Below, one piece after another: positions 34,365 to 35,528 of a DNA stretch of 35,528 nt. The DNA is from a virus (taxonomy: Duplodnaviria > Caudoviricetes). The stretch covers positions 1-35,528 of the IMG/VR virus record IMGVR_UViG_3300037962_000735; one strand, given 5' to 3'. Each line of letters opens with the position of its first letter. Within the stretch, counting starts at the first letter, position 1. Position numbers and translations under genes: made by a program. Below the pieces are notes generated by a model that was not told the origin of the DNA, ran no database searches, and saw only the letters and a program-made list of their open reading frames with translations.

Positions 34365-35528
34365 ATGGCAAGTATTGAACCCCTAAAAACCAGTATCCGT
34401 ATTATCTGGTACATCGACGGCAAAAAGGACAGCGAAACCTTACTGAACACGCCACCAACCGCAGCAAACAAGGCTAACGCCCAAAAAATAGCGGATATGG
34501 TTGAGCAACAGATACAAATGGGTATATTTAACCGTGACACCGTATTCCCATCATCACCAAAGCGACAAGCATCATATTTTGGCTATTACATCCCAGTTTG
34601 GGAGAATGCCGAGCAAAGCACAGTCTCCCCAACGACTTGGACGACCTACACCAGCAAAGTGGCCAACCACATCACGCCATATTGGCAAAATAAGCAAATA
34701 AGCAAAATCAGTGCTGAAGACGTCGAATATTGGGTATACAAAGTGCTTAGAATCAATCTATCACCGAAAACGATTGTCGATATACTAGGTTTATGGCGAT
34801 CAATATGGAGTTATTGGGCACGTCATCAAAAAAACCCTAACGATCCAAGCCAGTACATTAAGCTTAACGCAAAAGATCCCAAAGACATTGAGCCATTCTC
34901 TCGTGAAGAAATCGCATTAATCATCAATACCGAAACGGACACGACCTTTCGGAACTTATGGACGGTCATGTTATGGTCAGGTCTATCCAGTCATGAGCTC
35001 ATGCCACTGGCCATAGAAGATATTGATTTTGATCAGGCAACAGCATATATCAGACGTGGCTTTGTGAAAGGCATTCATAAGGCGACTAAGAACCGGCGAC
35101 GTAAACGGCAAATTGAACTACTACCGATCGTAGCAAATGCCTTGGACAATCAACGCCAATTACTAACTGATAAAACCCCACACGCAGTCAAAGTACTTGA
35201 GCGAGACAACCACACCTATGAAGAACAGTATCTAACGTGGCTTTGGTACAACCCGCGCACCGGTAGCCATTACACATACCCACAGCTTGAAAAACGCTGG
35301 AAACGCCACCTTGATAAATGCGACATACCCTATCGCGCTTTAAATAATGGTCGTCATACTTATGCAAGCCAAGTATTATCAACAGGCATTATTAGCGCCG
35401 AATGGTTAGCCAACCAACTGGGCCACGTAAATACAGACATGATCCACAAACACTATGGCAAATTCATTCCCAGTGACACGCGCCATATCATCCGCAACTT
35501 AGCCAATGCACTAGACAACAGCCAATAA
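34365..35528 (+). CDS. int: Phage integrase, tyrosine recombinase with N-terminal arm-binding domain
   Basis: SIRIIW arm domain, EPFSREE, TK, RHTYAS, WLANQLGH...MIHKHYG. Start 34365 follows AAGGA (ORF open from GTG 34317). Confidence 0.92.
   Translation: MASIEPLKTSIRIIWYIDGKKDSETLLNTPPTAANKANAQKIADMVEQQIQMGIFNRDTVFPSSPKRQASYFGYYIPVWENAEQSTVSPTTWTTYTSKVANHITPYWQNKQISKISAEDVEYWVYKVLRINLSPKTIVDILGLWRSIWSYWARHQKNPNDPSQYIKLNAKDPKDIEPFSREEIALIINTETDTTFRNLWTVMLWSGLSSHELMPLAIEDIDFDQATAYIRRGFVKGIHKATKNRRRKRQIELLPIVANALDNQRQLLTDKTPHAVKVLERDNHTYEEQYLTWLWYNPRTGSHYTYPQLEKRWKRHLDKCDIPYRALNNGRHTYASQVLSTGIISAEWLANQLGHVNTDMIHKHYGKFIPSDTRHIIRNLANALDNSQ

Larger units (their letters stand above)
2041..35528. 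mobile_element. P2-like (phiCTX-layout) prophage integrated at the 3' end of tRNA-Leu; right boundary beyond the window
   Basis: Syntenic P2 virion genes Q-P-O-N-M-L-X-lysis-R-S-V-W-J-I-H-FI-FII-E-T-U-D, a cos site, Ogr and a terminal integrase. Left boundary is approximate because attR is not visible. Confidence 0.93.

Overview
The window opens with a host ntrC/glnG gene and tRNA-Leu(TAG); the host is probably Psychrobacter/Moraxellaceae-like, which is an inference from gene style only. An apparently intact ~33 kb P2-like prophage follows, with a phiCTX-like layout: att in the tRNA, then cos, portal/terminase, head, lysis, baseplate, tail, an accessory block, two genetic switches, an early operon (Ogr, primase-helicase) and the integrase at the far end. 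attR lies outside the window. The most striking feature is the tail sheath gene, cleanly split into two separately translated halves by a three-ORF cassette. The N-half ends in the lambda-type slippery site G GGA AAG followed by a hairpin, so a -1 frameshift would fuse it to a 5-repeat domain, followed by two candidate adsorption proteins. Also notable are a P22 immI-like module (divergent Arc-type repressors, three operators, sar-like antisense RNA), a ~66%-identical copy of the repressor HTH in the lytic operon, a RexAB-like defence candidate, a Gp49-family insert in the head operon, no recognisable spanins, and an integrase lacking the first catalytic Arg. All family assignments come from motif recognition and memory, not from searches.
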